Origin: a virus | Lineage: Duplodnaviria; Caudoviricetes | Reading direction: 5' to 3' (one strand) | IMG/VR virus record: IMGVR_UViG_3300032218_003260 | DNA length: 64,000 nt | Shown: positions 1-8,757 of the stretch, piece by piece | Layout of the letters: each line of letters opens with the position of its first letter | How positions within the stretch are numbered: position 1 is the stretch's first letter | Notes under the pieces: generated by a model | What the model was told of the DNA's origin: nothing | The model's input: only the letters and a program-made list of their open reading frames with translations | The model's database searches: none | Made by a program: the position numbers and the translations under genes

Positions 1-384
1 TTCGCCGATCACAGATACTTCGCGAACACCCTTAAACCACGCGGCGCAGAACACTTCGCCGATTGCCGCAAACAGCGCTAGCCTTACTGGATATCTAAAC
101 GCAAAGAAGTCGCGCCGGTTCAGCGCTTGTTCAAACGTGCGCACTGGGTCAGCGCCGTTCACAAAATCACGTTGCGCGGCAGCTAGAGCTTCCGCAATTT
201 TTACAATCTCGTCTTGCGAGATGTTGTGTTCTTCGTACCAAGCGAGCGCGTCACCAGTGCGCGCGGCGGAGTCAAGATTCTCAATTGCACGCACCATCAA
301 CGTCGGCGTGATGTACGCGTAGTCGCGCTCCGGGTTGTATAACGGGCCGCTGTCGCCTTTTTGGCGATAACCAATGCTGCTCAT
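1..384 (-). CDS. hypothetical protein, 3' end runs off the window
   Basis: ATG at 384 starts an uninterrupted frame MSSIGYRQKGDSGPLYNPERDY... to the window edge; same strand as the downstream-reading operon. Confidence 0.7.
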   Translation of the reverse strand, partial: MSSIGYRQKGDSGPLYNPERDYAYITPTLMVRAIENLDSAARTGDALAWYEEHNISQDEIVKIAEALAAAQRDFVNGADPVRTFEQALNRRDFFAFRYPVRLALFAAIGEVFCAAWFKGVREVSVIGE

Positions 385-394
385 AACGTCCTTT

Positions 395-1246
395 CTATGG
401 CGCAGATTCTATTTGCCGCGACGCCGCTTGTCGGCAGCGGATACACAGCAAACCAGAATCTTTTGGGTCAAAAAACGCGTCTGTTTGGCACGCCTCGCAA
501 TACCGGGTTACGTACGTGCGCTGATGGGTAGCAAACATGCACTGGTCTGCGCCCAGCCAGCAGTGCAAGCACGAATGCTCATAACCATCGGGACACGGTC
601 GAGCACGCGTACGCACCTCGATGAGCCCGCGGTTATCGCGCTGCATGCTGCTGCTGACGCTTACTTTCGAGAACGCAGGTTGTTCTCGACTCCGCTCCGC
701 TTCGACATGCGCAAAGAATAGCAAGTTTAAAAAGTGCATAGCCGTTGTATACGGATATGCGCCCCACGGCGCGGAAAAGCCGAGCGTTTGAGAAATCGCC
801 CGGCAACTGTTCTGCGAGAAAAACTGCGTAAACAACATAGCCGCCGGCGAACCGCCGACTGCGCGACATTCAAGTAAATACCCCGAGACTGTCTTGCGTT
901 TATACGGTCGTACGCCTTCGACACACACCGGTACAAGCTCGTCTTCCAGTTGCCGCGTCCACGGCAATACCGGAAGCCCAGCCTTAAGCGTTTCAATATT
1001 ACCGGCGAGTCGCCACGCCAACTCGTACGCGGCGCGCTTTGACAGTCGCGTGCCGGCTAACGCACGGACAGAATCAAACACCGCCGGCTGCGACACAGCA
1101 GATGGTAACTCGGCCAGCACGTCGCGGCAAATGTCGCGTAACGTCTCTCCGGCTACATTTGCGTCGATGTACGGCCGAAGAGCGCGCTCAGCGAGTTTGT
1201 CGCGACACTGGCGCAAGCGCACATAACTAAACTGAGGGCGTTTCAT
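395..1246 (-). CDS. hypothetical protein with C-terminal Cys clusters (possible Zn-binding)
   Basis: 283 aa ORF in tight operon; CLHC...C, CEAC and CIRC motifs near the C-terminus. Confidence 0.75.
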   Translation of the reverse strand: MKRPQFSYVRLRQCRDKLAERALRPYIDANVAGETLRDICRDVLAELPSAVSQPAVFDSVRALAGTRLSKRAAYELAWRLAGNIETLKAGLPVLPWTRQLEDELVPVCVEGVRPYKRKTVSGYLLECRAVGGSPAAMLFTQFFSQNSCRAISQTLGFSAPWGAYPYTTAMHFLNLLFFAHVEAERSREQPAFSKVSVSSSMQRDNRGLIEVRTRARPCPDGYEHSCLHCWLGADQCMFATHQRTYVTRYCEACQTDAFFDPKDSGLLCIRCRQAASRQIESAP

Positions 1247-1874
1247 CGGCGCCCCGCAATGTTACATCCGCAGGCGTTGTAAGCTGTTCCGGGGTTGCCG
1301 GTACAGTGCTGAGCCCGGCGCCGTCACCACGTACCACGACCTTGCGATCAGGGTTGTTGGCTTCCCACTGCTGCCGGGCTTTGGTGCAGGTCTCTTCGGC
1401 TGTCGTGGCGGTCTCTTTGACAGCCAGCGCTTCCTGCTCAAGCGACAAAATAATCGTCCCCAGCTCACTCGACAGTAAATTAGCGATATCGCCGACGCAC
1501 ACCACATGCTTGATATGCGCGACAACCGGCTCCAATTCTTTACCGTCTTTGACGGGCCGAAACGTAATCGCGATATCTTCGATCTTGATTGTCTCGGGAA
1601 TCGGGTCGCTCAATGTTTTGCCGTGGAGTTCCGCGCCGATCTGTCGTAACGCGTTAAACCGGGTGTACATCTCTTCCATCCGCGCAGCCGATTCCTTAAT
1701 CAACGTCGACGGGTTTATTTTAATAGTCTGCGGCTGGGAAGCAGCAGTCTGCAATGCCTTTGCCAGCGCTGACGCGTCCATCTTGATCGGCACTGTTACG
1801 TTAGTCGTGCCGCCGGTGCTGCAAGCGGCGCCCTTGGCTTCACTTACTGCGTCTACAATCGTCGTCTTTGCCAT
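1227..1874 (-). CDS. hypothetical protein, predicted coiled-coil
   Basis: Start placed at MAKTT (AAGGA upstream); helical Ala/Glu-rich segments. Confidence 0.7.
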   Translation of the reverse strand: MAKTTIVDAVSEAKGAACSTGGTTNVTVPIKMDASALAKALQTAASQPQTIKINPSTLIKESAARMEEMYTRFNALRQIGAELHGKTLSDPIPETIKIEDIAITFRPVKDGKELEPVVAHIKHVVCVGDIANLLSSELGTIILSLEQEALAVKETATTAEETCTKARQQWEANNPDRKVVVRGDGAGLSTVPATPEQLTTPADVTLRGADETPSV

Positions 1875-1884
1875 TGTTTCGTCC

Positions 1885-2289
1885 TTAAAGTGTTTTAACT
1901 GCAAACCCAAACCAGTAACGTAGTCCGCTGTTCAACCCGGTATCGGGATCATACAGCAACTCAACCGGATTTCCAGTGGCCACATAAAAGTGGTGAACTG
2001 GTCGCGGCAGGTAAGCTGCGCAAGATAACCCGATCTGCAACAGAAACGCCATAGCAAGATCTGCTGCCGGATTAAGATCGTACGAAAAAAGCGGAACTCG
2101 TAAATACTCGTCGTGCTCGGAAAAAGCCCATACAGGCTGTTCGCCCGGGTTGTAGGCGGCGTCCAGAATGTGCCACTTAGCGCCACCAACCTCGTCAATT
2201 GGTTTGATCAGGGCCGGCTCAAACGGAACGCCTTCCGGCCAGCGCTCTCGGGTCTTTTTCATATCTAAACGGGCTACAGAAACTTTCAT
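1885..2289 (-). CDS. hypothetical protein
   Basis: 134 aa ORF; start overlaps the stop of the upstream gene (translational coupling). Confidence 0.7.
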   Translation of the reverse strand: MKVSVARLDMKKTRERWPEGVPFEPALIKPIDEVGGAKWHILDAAYNPGEQPVWAFSEHDEYLRVPLFSYDLNPAADLAMAFLLQIGLSCAAYLPRPVHHFYVATGNPVELLYDPDTGLNSGLRYWFGFAVKTL

Positions 2290-2984
2290 GCCGTCATAGT
2301 CCTTGGTTCTGCAGTTTCTACGCCGGAATCGTTGACGTTGATTTTCACGCCCTCACGAAAATGACAAAAACGAATGTCTTGATGCTTGAATGCTGCGCCA
2401 AGAACGCGTTCGCCATACTTCTGTTGAAATCCTACCGGCGGAAAGTCGAACTGGTACAACAGCTCTGTTTTGATTGCCCACCATCCGCCAATTACATACG
2501 GCAGATAAGTCTTGTCGTACGCGGGATTGAACCACGGCTGCTGTTGCATCCACCGCAACTGCTCATCTGGGAGTTTCGCCCGTTCGACCGACCCGACGAG
2601 GTTGCACCCGTTTACGTTGGTTGTTACACGCGCAAACCAGTTGTGAATGTCATCTGCTGGCTCAAGATACGAATCGTGGTCAAACCACATCGTAATCGGT
2701 TCTGTGATCAGCGGCTCATAAAACATACGCCGCATCATCGGGTACTTCATCAGGTTTTTAGTGCTGTGAAAAATTGTTGCTGAGTGAAAATGATCAGCAA
2801 CCTGCTGGAGAAGAAATTGAGTCGTGTCTGGCCCTACGGCATTGCACCCAAAACGAAAAGAGACGTTTTGTGTAGCCAGTTCGCGCATCGGGCCGTTAAG
2901 CACGCGTTGCGCAAGTTGAAAGTGTTTGTTTTCTGCGCCGTAAAATAAGACGCAGATACAAACAGAAGCGGCTCCATCCGCCAT
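2286..2984 (-). CDS. putative GT-A fold (family 2-like) glycosyltransferase
   Basis: N-terminal hydrophobic strand CICVLFY, DxD-like motif MWFDHDSY, IGGWWAIKTELL segment and GERVLG acceptor-side motif. Confidence 0.5.
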   Translation of the reverse strand: MADGAASVCICVLFYGAENKHFQLAQRVLNGPMRELATQNVSFRFGCNAVGPDTTQFLLQQVADHFHSATIFHSTKNLMKYPMMRRMFYEPLITEPITMWFDHDSYLEPADDIHNWFARVTTNVNGCNLVGSVERAKLPDEQLRWMQQQPWFNPAYDKTYLPYVIGGWWAIKTELLYQFDFPPVGFQQKYGERVLGAAFKHQDIRFCHFREGVKINVNDSGVETAEPRTMTA

Positions 2985-3008
2985 ACACGACTCCGTTCAA
3001 CTAAAGAT

Positions 3009-3557
3009 TTATAGCCTCGCTGGCGCTAGCGCTGCCTTCGCTACCGCAACCGGCATGACAACCGGCGGCACGCGCGACCGACCAAGAAGCTTCAAAACCC
3101 GCATCACGTTTTGTGAATCAGGCTCGATATTTTTCTTGGCGTCTTTGACCATCTTATCGACCAGTTCAAGAAACGTCGTGCGTTCTTTCACCGACGCAAA
3201 ATTGAACCGCACCGAAAACTGAGTTACCGTTTTGCCTGCGTGCTCGTCTGCGACGTCGCACCTGTCCCACGCCGACTTATCGTCGCCGCGCGTGTAAACA
3301 CAGGCAATCCGACCCAGAAAGTCATAGACCACAATGACCGCCGATTTATCAACGTCGCCGACTAACGAGAAAGCGTGGGGAAATTGCGTTGCCGGAACAA
3401 ACGGCAACTTTTCCACAACCTGCTCGTTAAGTTCGAGGCGCTGGAGCTGCAGCGGAAATGTGCGATGACCGCGTTCATTATCTTTGATATAGAACTCGGC
3501 CTCCAGCGCACCAACGCCGGGCTCAATCACAATTGGAACATTACGTACAGAAAACAT
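3009..3557 (-). CDS. hypothetical protein
   Basis: 182 aa ORF, GGAGG-type RBS upstream. Confidence 0.75.
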   Translation of the reverse strand: MFSVRNVPIVIEPGVGALEAEFYIKDNERGHRTFPLQLQRLELNEQVVEKLPFVPATQFPHAFSLVGDVDKSAVIVVYDFLGRIACVYTRGDDKSAWDRCDVADEHAGKTVTQFSVRFNFASVKERTTFLELVDKMVKDAKKNIEPDSQNVMRVLKLLGRSRVPPVVMPVAVAKAALAPARL

Positions 3558-3565
3558 AAAACCTC

Positions 3566-4453
3566 CTAACGCGTCATATTGGACCGGCGACGCGGCGAGG
3601 CTTCCTGCTCTTCCGTATCGTCATCAACCTCTTCGCGCTTGTCCAGCTCCTCCCGAACCTTAGCGCACATCGCGCGGTGATCCGCCACGATGTCAGACAG
3701 CTTCTCAAAGTTTTCGATGATCTCGGTAAAGTAACCTTGAACAGTTGCATCGAACTTTGACGGTGCAGCATTTACAATGTCGTCGTAAATGTTGTCACGC
3801 TTTTCGCTCAACCAGAGCGAATCAGAACGAGAAATCCAGCGCCGCTGATGCTGCAGCAGATCGTGAAGCTGCTGCTTGAGCCCCTTGGGCGACTGATGCG
3901 TGCGACCGCTTGTCTTCTGCTTACCGCGCATCTCCTGCAGCTCAGTCGCCAGCGTGCGGGCCGTGTAAGCCTCCTCAGCGCACTTCTCCTCGACCGCAGC
4001 GCGCTGCTGGTCGTCGGGAATCTGCGTGAGAAGTTGCACGTGCGATGTCGTCAGCCGCCAGCGAGGGCGGTCAGGGCATCGTAGGCTGAGCAGCCGAATA
4101 ATCTCGGCTTCGCTCGGGTACTTCTCGAAGAAGCTCACGGCACCGCGCATCTGCTCCACGGTGTAAACAGGCGCAAAGATCGACATGAGCAGCGATGCTC
4201 CGTCAATGTGCTGCGCTTGCTGTTCCGGCGTCAGATAGCGTTCTGGATCTCCTTTTACCTCCGAAATAAGCTTCCCGATCCGCCAGTACGCGCGCAGGCT
4301 AGCTTCCTGTGCGTCACTGAACAGACCGTCGATTTCGGAAACGACGTCCTGCAACTCAGGCGTCAAATTCTCCGTTGCTACTAAGAGCGGCGAATTACGA
4401 GACTCGACCATGTCAGCCTGAATCATCGCCGCTGCCTTAGACTTCCTACCCAT
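3566..4453 (-). CDS. DUF1016/YhcG N-terminal-like domain protein without nuclease domain
   Basis: RAYWRIGKLISE, YTVEQMRGAVSFFEKYP and LTTSHVQLL...EEAYTARTL parallel the DUF1016_N pattern (LYWxIG, FSxRNL...FY..YP, LSWSHY..L...WSVREL). Confidence 0.55.
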   Translation of the reverse strand: MGRKSKAAAMIQADMVESRNSPLLVATENLTPELQDVVSEIDGLFSDAQEASLRAYWRIGKLISEVKGDPERYLTPEQQAQHIDGASLLMSIFAPVYTVEQMRGAVSFFEKYPSEAEIIRLLSLRCPDRPRWRLTTSHVQLLTQIPDDQQRAAVEEKCAEEAYTARTLATELQEMRGKQKTSGRTHQSPKGLKQQLHDLLQHQRRWISRSDSLWLSEKRDNIYDDIVNAAPSKFDATVQGYFTEIIENFEKLSDIVADHRAMCAKVREELDKREEVDDDTEEQEASPRRRSNMTR

Positions 4454-4480
4454 TGAATCTCTCCCTATAAGTGAGGTTAA

Positions 4481-5635
4481 CTATTTTCGCTTTCTGCTTT
4501 TCGGAGCAGGAAGCAGCAATTCAAGCGCGGTTGTTTGCAGTAGGTCGCGCAGGGTGTGGTAATGCCCGCGCGAGCACCGCAACACGGAACAAAACAAGTC
4601 GTAGGCTGTTCGCTGCCTAAGCACTTCTTTTGTGTAAACGTCAATAGCGTCGCGCGGCTCTATGTCCGCACCCACCATTGCCGTGTTTTTGATAATTTGT
4701 TTGGCGTCTTCTCGCGTGACCTTGAATTTCATCAGGTACGAAGTCCACTTATCGGTCGCGGCGTCCATGGTTGTCTTGTCTGGCGAAAATTCCAGCGACA
4801 AGCCCATGAGTGCTGAGACGCGATTTGCCACGGTGGTCATATCAATACTGCGCTCGGCCACGTTGGACGCCAGAATCGCTGTACGGCCAACAAGGTCGGC
4901 GCCGGTATGATTCAGCCGGCCACCTTTACCTGCTGGAGACAACGCTGCGCCAAACTTTGTGTACAAACACGTAGACGCCCGGATCGCGTTCCCCGTGTCT
5001 TCGCGGTTTGAGAAATACCAACCAGCCGCAAAAGTGTGCCGCGGATCGGTATAGATATCTGTACGCCGCGATTTGGGATCTATGAAATACAGCCGCAGCT
5101 CTCGCCCCAGAAGTTCCGCGCGAAAAAACTCGGCCTGCGGTTGTTTATCGTACAGTTCGTTGCTGACGGTTTCCATAAACAAACTGTTGTCAAGCATGCG
5201 GTGATCGAGGCCCAGAAAGCCTTCGACTGACCGCTCGCGGTGGTTCACCAGCAGAGTGCGCTCGCGCAACGCATCGAATCTAACACGTAGCGTCGTGTTG
5301 TAAATACTGACCGCCGCGGCAATGTCGTTTGCGCGAGTAGTCGTACGAACTTGCCGGACGTTCTCGCCCGACAGCTCGTTAAACAACTGCGCCAGCCCGA
5401 CAGACAAAACAGACGATAGCGCCCGGAAACCTATAGCGTTAAACCGGTAGCCGTTCTCGACAATGCTGCCATCGGGTCCCATGACCAACTGGGATTCCTC
5501 GACGACCGGGACCGACTCCGTGCTGGCGGAGCGCATCTCCAGAAACTTCCGGCACTCTTCTAGCTGGCTGGCCGAGAACGAGAACGCCGGCACGGGCGCA
5601 AATACGCTGCGCACAGTTGTAGTTGCCGACAACAT
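4481..5635 (-). CDS. DUF932-like protein
   Basis: 384 aa; order of motifs (LLV...EGFLG..HRMLDN..FME, AGWYFSNREDTG) resembles DUF932-type proteins; recognised by eye only. Confidence 0.4.
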   Translation of the reverse strand: MLSATTTVRSVFAPVPAFSFSASQLEECRKFLEMRSASTESVPVVEESQLVMGPDGSIVENGYRFNAIGFRALSSVLSVGLAQLFNELSGENVRQVRTTTRANDIAAAVSIYNTTLRVRFDALRERTLLVNHRERSVEGFLGLDHRMLDNSLFMETVSNELYDKQPQAEFFRAELLGRELRLYFIDPKSRRTDIYTDPRHTFAAGWYFSNREDTGNAIRASTCLYTKFGAALSPAGKGGRLNHTGADLVGRTAILASNVAERSIDMTTVANRVSALMGLSLEFSPDKTTMDAATDKWTSYLMKFKVTREDAKQIIKNTAMVGADIEPRDAIDVYTKEVLRQRTAYDLFCSVLRCSRGHYHTLRDLLQTTALELLLPAPKSRKRK

Positions 5636-5653
5636 CCGGGCCTCCGTGCCGAA

Positions 5654-6220
5654 CTAATCGTAATACCAGTCTGAGCCTATGGCGTTAAAAAGCGTTGCGG
5701 TGTGCTCAACTGTAAACATATTCTTGACGGTTGGCGGAAAGCTGCAGATCCACTGGACTCGGGGGATGCCGGTGTCGTCCGTTATATGGTTGTGGGCGCA
5801 CAGCATTGTCCGCACTACGGGAAAGCACATAATAAACCGGCGCTCTGTATTGATTTCCAGCTTGTGCAGGTTTTTAGCCACCGCGGCGAGTAATCTGTTT
5901 TTACCGTCTTTCGGGATTTTGAACAGATCAGCTATCGTCAGTTCGTGCAGTCTGGGAATGCGCCGACCGCATAAGACGCCGGGGAAGCGGTGAAACTCCG
6001 AGTTAAACCAACTAAAGTTCAATTTGTCGTGGCCGGTCATGTCGCGGCACTCGTTCGCCATCTTGCCCCAACCAGATATCTTAATGCCGCACTCTTTGAA
6101 GACGCGCTTAATAATGCGCTCCTCAAAAGCGAGCTGACGCTGAAACCGGATGGCTTCAGCGCCCTGACTGTCCTGATTAAACAGTTCGTTGAAGAACTGA
6201 TCGCGTGGATCTGCCATCAT
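5654..6220 (-). CDS. hypothetical protein
   Basis: 188 aa ORF coupled to neighbours. Confidence 0.7.
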   Translation of the reverse strand: MMADPRDQFFNELFNQDSQGAEAIRFQRQLAFEERIIKRVFKECGIKISGWGKMANECRDMTGHDKLNFSWFNSEFHRFPGVLCGRRIPRLHELTIADLFKIPKDGKNRLLAAVAKNLHKLEINTERRFIMCFPVVRTMLCAHNHITDDTGIPRVQWICSFPPTVKNMFTVEHTATLFNAIGSDWYYD

Positions 6221-6429
6221 CAGGGCGCCGTGTTGTTATCAAAATAGCTCGCAATAGACTCTGGCGGCGGGAGTGGCATCCACAGAAGCAACTCTGTCCG
6301 CGTTGCCAATTCCCCGCCAGTCACCATGAACTGGTCGTGAGTGACGGGGTCAGCGGCGAGTACTTTTTCGTCGCGCCCGGGAAGCCTGTCGTTTACGTGC
6401 GTCCATCTTCCGAACTTTGGTTCCTTCAT
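6220..6429 (-). CDS. DUF551-like small phage protein
   Basis: WTHVNDRLP...KVL and WMPLPPP motifs. Confidence 0.7.
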   Translation of the reverse strand: MKEPKFGRWTHVNDRLPGRDEKVLAADPVTHDQFMVTGGELATRTELLLWMPLPPPESIASYFDNNTAP

Positions 6430-6631
6430 GAAGCACCTTCTCTACGTCTTTGAGTAATCCTTCGGCGTTAATGATTTTGTCGCACGCCGATTCACCTGCT
6501 GGTATACATTGATGCGTTTCCAGCACATCTCGCACCACCCAAGCCAGCCAGTCTACTTCTTCTCGCGTAAACGAGATCGAGATGCTGACCGGCTTGACTT
6601 TAGCTGTCTTCTTCTTCGTCTTCTTCGTCAT
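6350..6631 (-). CDS. hypothetical protein
   Basis: Lys-rich N-terminus; overlaps both neighbours. Confidence 0.55.
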   Translation of the reverse strand: MTKKTKKKTAKVKPVSISISFTREEVDWLAWVVRDVLETHQCIPAGESACDKIINAEGLLKDVEKVLHEGTKVRKMDARKRQASRARRKSTRR

Positions 6632-6974
6632 ATTTGTCCGCATTGTGTTCTTCGTCGTAGTCGTCTACTGCTTCCATAAAGTCGTCAAAGCTCATGCCGG
6701 GCGCGTTTACACATTCCATAAACTGATACACAAACTTGCGCTCACCCGTCTCGTCGTCAGCACGCTCAACAAGACGATAGTGCATCATGTCGCCGGTTTC
6801 GTGGTCGTAACCGCTGATGATGGTGTCGGCTTCTGGAATAGGAACCGGCAGCTTTGCGCCGTCTACGGGGCCGCCAAAACACTCGGCCAATTGAAACAGT
6901 CCTTTTTGCATGCCCATAAGTTCATGCTCAATAACGCCGTCGTCTTCGTCTTCGTTTTCGTTTTCGTCATACAT
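6600..6974 (-). CDS. small acidic protein
   Basis: ATG overlaps the HNH gene stop; Asp/Glu-rich at both ends. Confidence 0.65.
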   Translation of the reverse strand: MYDENENEDEDDGVIEHELMGMQKGLFQLAECFGGPVDGAKLPVPIPEADTIISGYDHETGDMMHYRLVERADDETGERKFVYQFMECVNAPGMSFDDFMEAVDDYDEEHNADKYDEEDEEEDS

Positions 6975-7300
6975 TACTCTGCCTCCAACTCCTCGTAGAA
7001 GCGACGCCAGTGAGCCTGCATTTCCTGCGGATCGGGCCAAAAATCTTTATTTGCGTCCACATGCCGTGAACGATGACACGCCCGGCATAGTGCCTGCAAA
7101 TCTTCGGGGCGCTCGTTGCCTTCATTTTCATAGTGCAGGTGATGCTGCTCAAGGCGTTGGCCTATACCGCAAACACTGCCGCAGACTTCGCACCGGCCGG
7201 CCGCCCGTTTATGTACCGCCTGTTGTGTCAACAACGGTATAGCCGGCTTCGGGCGGCCGGCTGGTCTGTATTCTGTTATGACGGTTGACGCGTCACTCAT
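6974..7300 (-). CDS. HNH endonuclease family protein
   Basis: CEVC...HHLHY...LCRACH zinc-binding HNH signature. Confidence 0.85.
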   Translation of the reverse strand: MSDASTVITEYRPAGRPKPAIPLLTQQAVHKRAAGRCEVCGSVCGIGQRLEQHHLHYENEGNERPEDLQALCRACHRSRHVDANKDFWPDPQEMQAHWRRFYEELEAE

Positions 7301-7302
7301 AG

Positions 7303-8673
7303 TTAATCTACCTGTCCAAGGGGATCCAGATCCGCTCCGACAACTTCGCCGACCGTGCTTGACGCCGCCATAAGCTCAGGCACGTCGGTCATCTGATTAT
7401 TCTTTAACTCTTCCATCACCTGCTCGCGATATTTACGCGCCGGGTCGCAGATCGTGTAGTCGTTTACGCCGAGTAAGCCGTGCAGCATGCCGAGGACCTT
7501 GGGATTGTCTTCAAGCATGATGGACGCCTCAACTTCCGACACGGCGTCTTGCTTGGAAATACCGAGCGCCTTAGAAAAGACGAGCGGTGTTTCAGCGTTC
7601 TTGGTGCCATGCTTGTATTCCAGATCGCAGACTTGCTTAAGCAGCCCGGGCAGCTTGGGATCCATACCCGGAACCTGCTTACCGTCGCCCGCCTGCAGCT
7701 CCATGAGCAACCGGATGGACGCAGTGTGCCAATCCCAGAAATGGAATTGCTGATTCTTGTAAGTTTCGTTGCCGTTCTTATCGACGGCCGGCACGATCTC
7801 GTTGTACCAGAGCAGATTAACAACGATCTTGCGCCCCGGAGCGCCCAGATTGTTTTTAGTCGCTGCAATACGAATCGACGCACCCTCGTAGCGCGGCGGG
7901 ATGTTCTTCTGCGACGCCTTAGACATATCGAGGATCAGCGTCGGGTAGTAATCCAAACTGGCGCCGCCGGGAGCGTACTTCTTGGGCGGACCAAACCCCA
8001 TGGAGTTAATTTCCTCCTTAAGATGGTTTGTCGCAACGAGCGCAATCGGGTAATGCCGCAGAGTGGGCACCAGCGCCGTCCGCATGAAGTCAGACAGGTT
8101 GCGGGCGAGATACGGGTGCCCGGCCGCGGCGTGGCCCTCGTCGGCTACTTTCTCGACGCGCCGGTCGACCTCGACTGCCGAGATGGAGTCGATACCGATA
8201 CAGATAGGAATAACACGGTCCGGCGCGTTCGCTGCATCAACCTGCTTGTGAATCGCCTGACAGAACTCCATGTAGTGCTTCTGCCATTCTTCCACGCTCG
8301 CCGCCGTCTTGATGCGGGTCCGAGCGATGTACTGCTGGTTGTGACTGAATAGGCCCGACATCATGGTCGGCGATCCCTTGTTCTCGGTGTCGATCATGAT
8401 GGCGCCGCCGCCGTACATGTGGAACCAGCGCATAATCTCGATGAGAAGCGCGGACTTACCAGCGCTGAACTCGCCGCGAAGCTGCGTGAAGCGCGACAGC
8501 GGGAAAATGTTAGCCTGCAGCAGATAGCGCGCTGCCAGCGTAGGAAGCGGCAAGCCGATCAGCGGATCTTGGTCTTCCGCCGTCGCCTTGAGCACTTCCG
8601 TGATAACCGGATGCTCGCCATTGCGGGCGAACACATCAACTTCGTCGTGATCTTCTTTACGTTTCCTGCCCAT
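7303..8673 (-). CDS. recA: RecA/UvsX-like recombinase
   Basis: Walker A GEFSAGKS, IDTE, Walker B IGIDSISA, TNHL, PGGASLDYY, KNNLGAP; start at MGRKRK. Confidence 0.9.
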   Translation of the reverse strand: MGRKRKEDHDEVDVFARNGEHPVITEVLKATAEDQDPLIGLPLPTLAARYLLQANIFPLSRFTQLRGEFSAGKSALLIEIMRWFHMYGGGAIMIDTENKGSPTMMSGLFSHNQQYIARTRIKTAASVEEWQKHYMEFCQAIHKQVDAANAPDRVIPICIGIDSISAVEVDRRVEKVADEGHAAAGHPYLARNLSDFMRTALVPTLRHYPIALVATNHLKEEINSMGFGPPKKYAPGGASLDYYPTLILDMSKASQKNIPPRYEGASIRIAATKNNLGAPGRKIVVNLLWYNEIVPAVDKNGNETYKNQQFHFWDWHTASIRLLMELQAGDGKQVPGMDPKLPGLLKQVCDLEYKHGTKNAETPLVFSKALGISKQDAVSEVEASIMLEDNPKVLGMLHGLLGVNDYTICDPARKYREQVMEELKNNQMTDVPELMAASSTVGEVVGADLDPLGQVD

Positions 8674-8757
8674 AAATTCCCTTCTGATATGAAAAGCCGC
8701 AGCTCCGGCACGCACGCACCCAGAGAACAACGTGGTGCCGGAGCTGAAGCGAAAAGA

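Noticed and set aside
7480-8352. Long plus-strand ORFs opposite real genes (e.g. 7480-8352, 8419-9447, 12522-13385, 37801-38832, 47770-48606)
   Set aside because: They are antisense shadows of motif-bearing minus-strand genes in GC-rich sequence, with no recognisable motifs or RBS.
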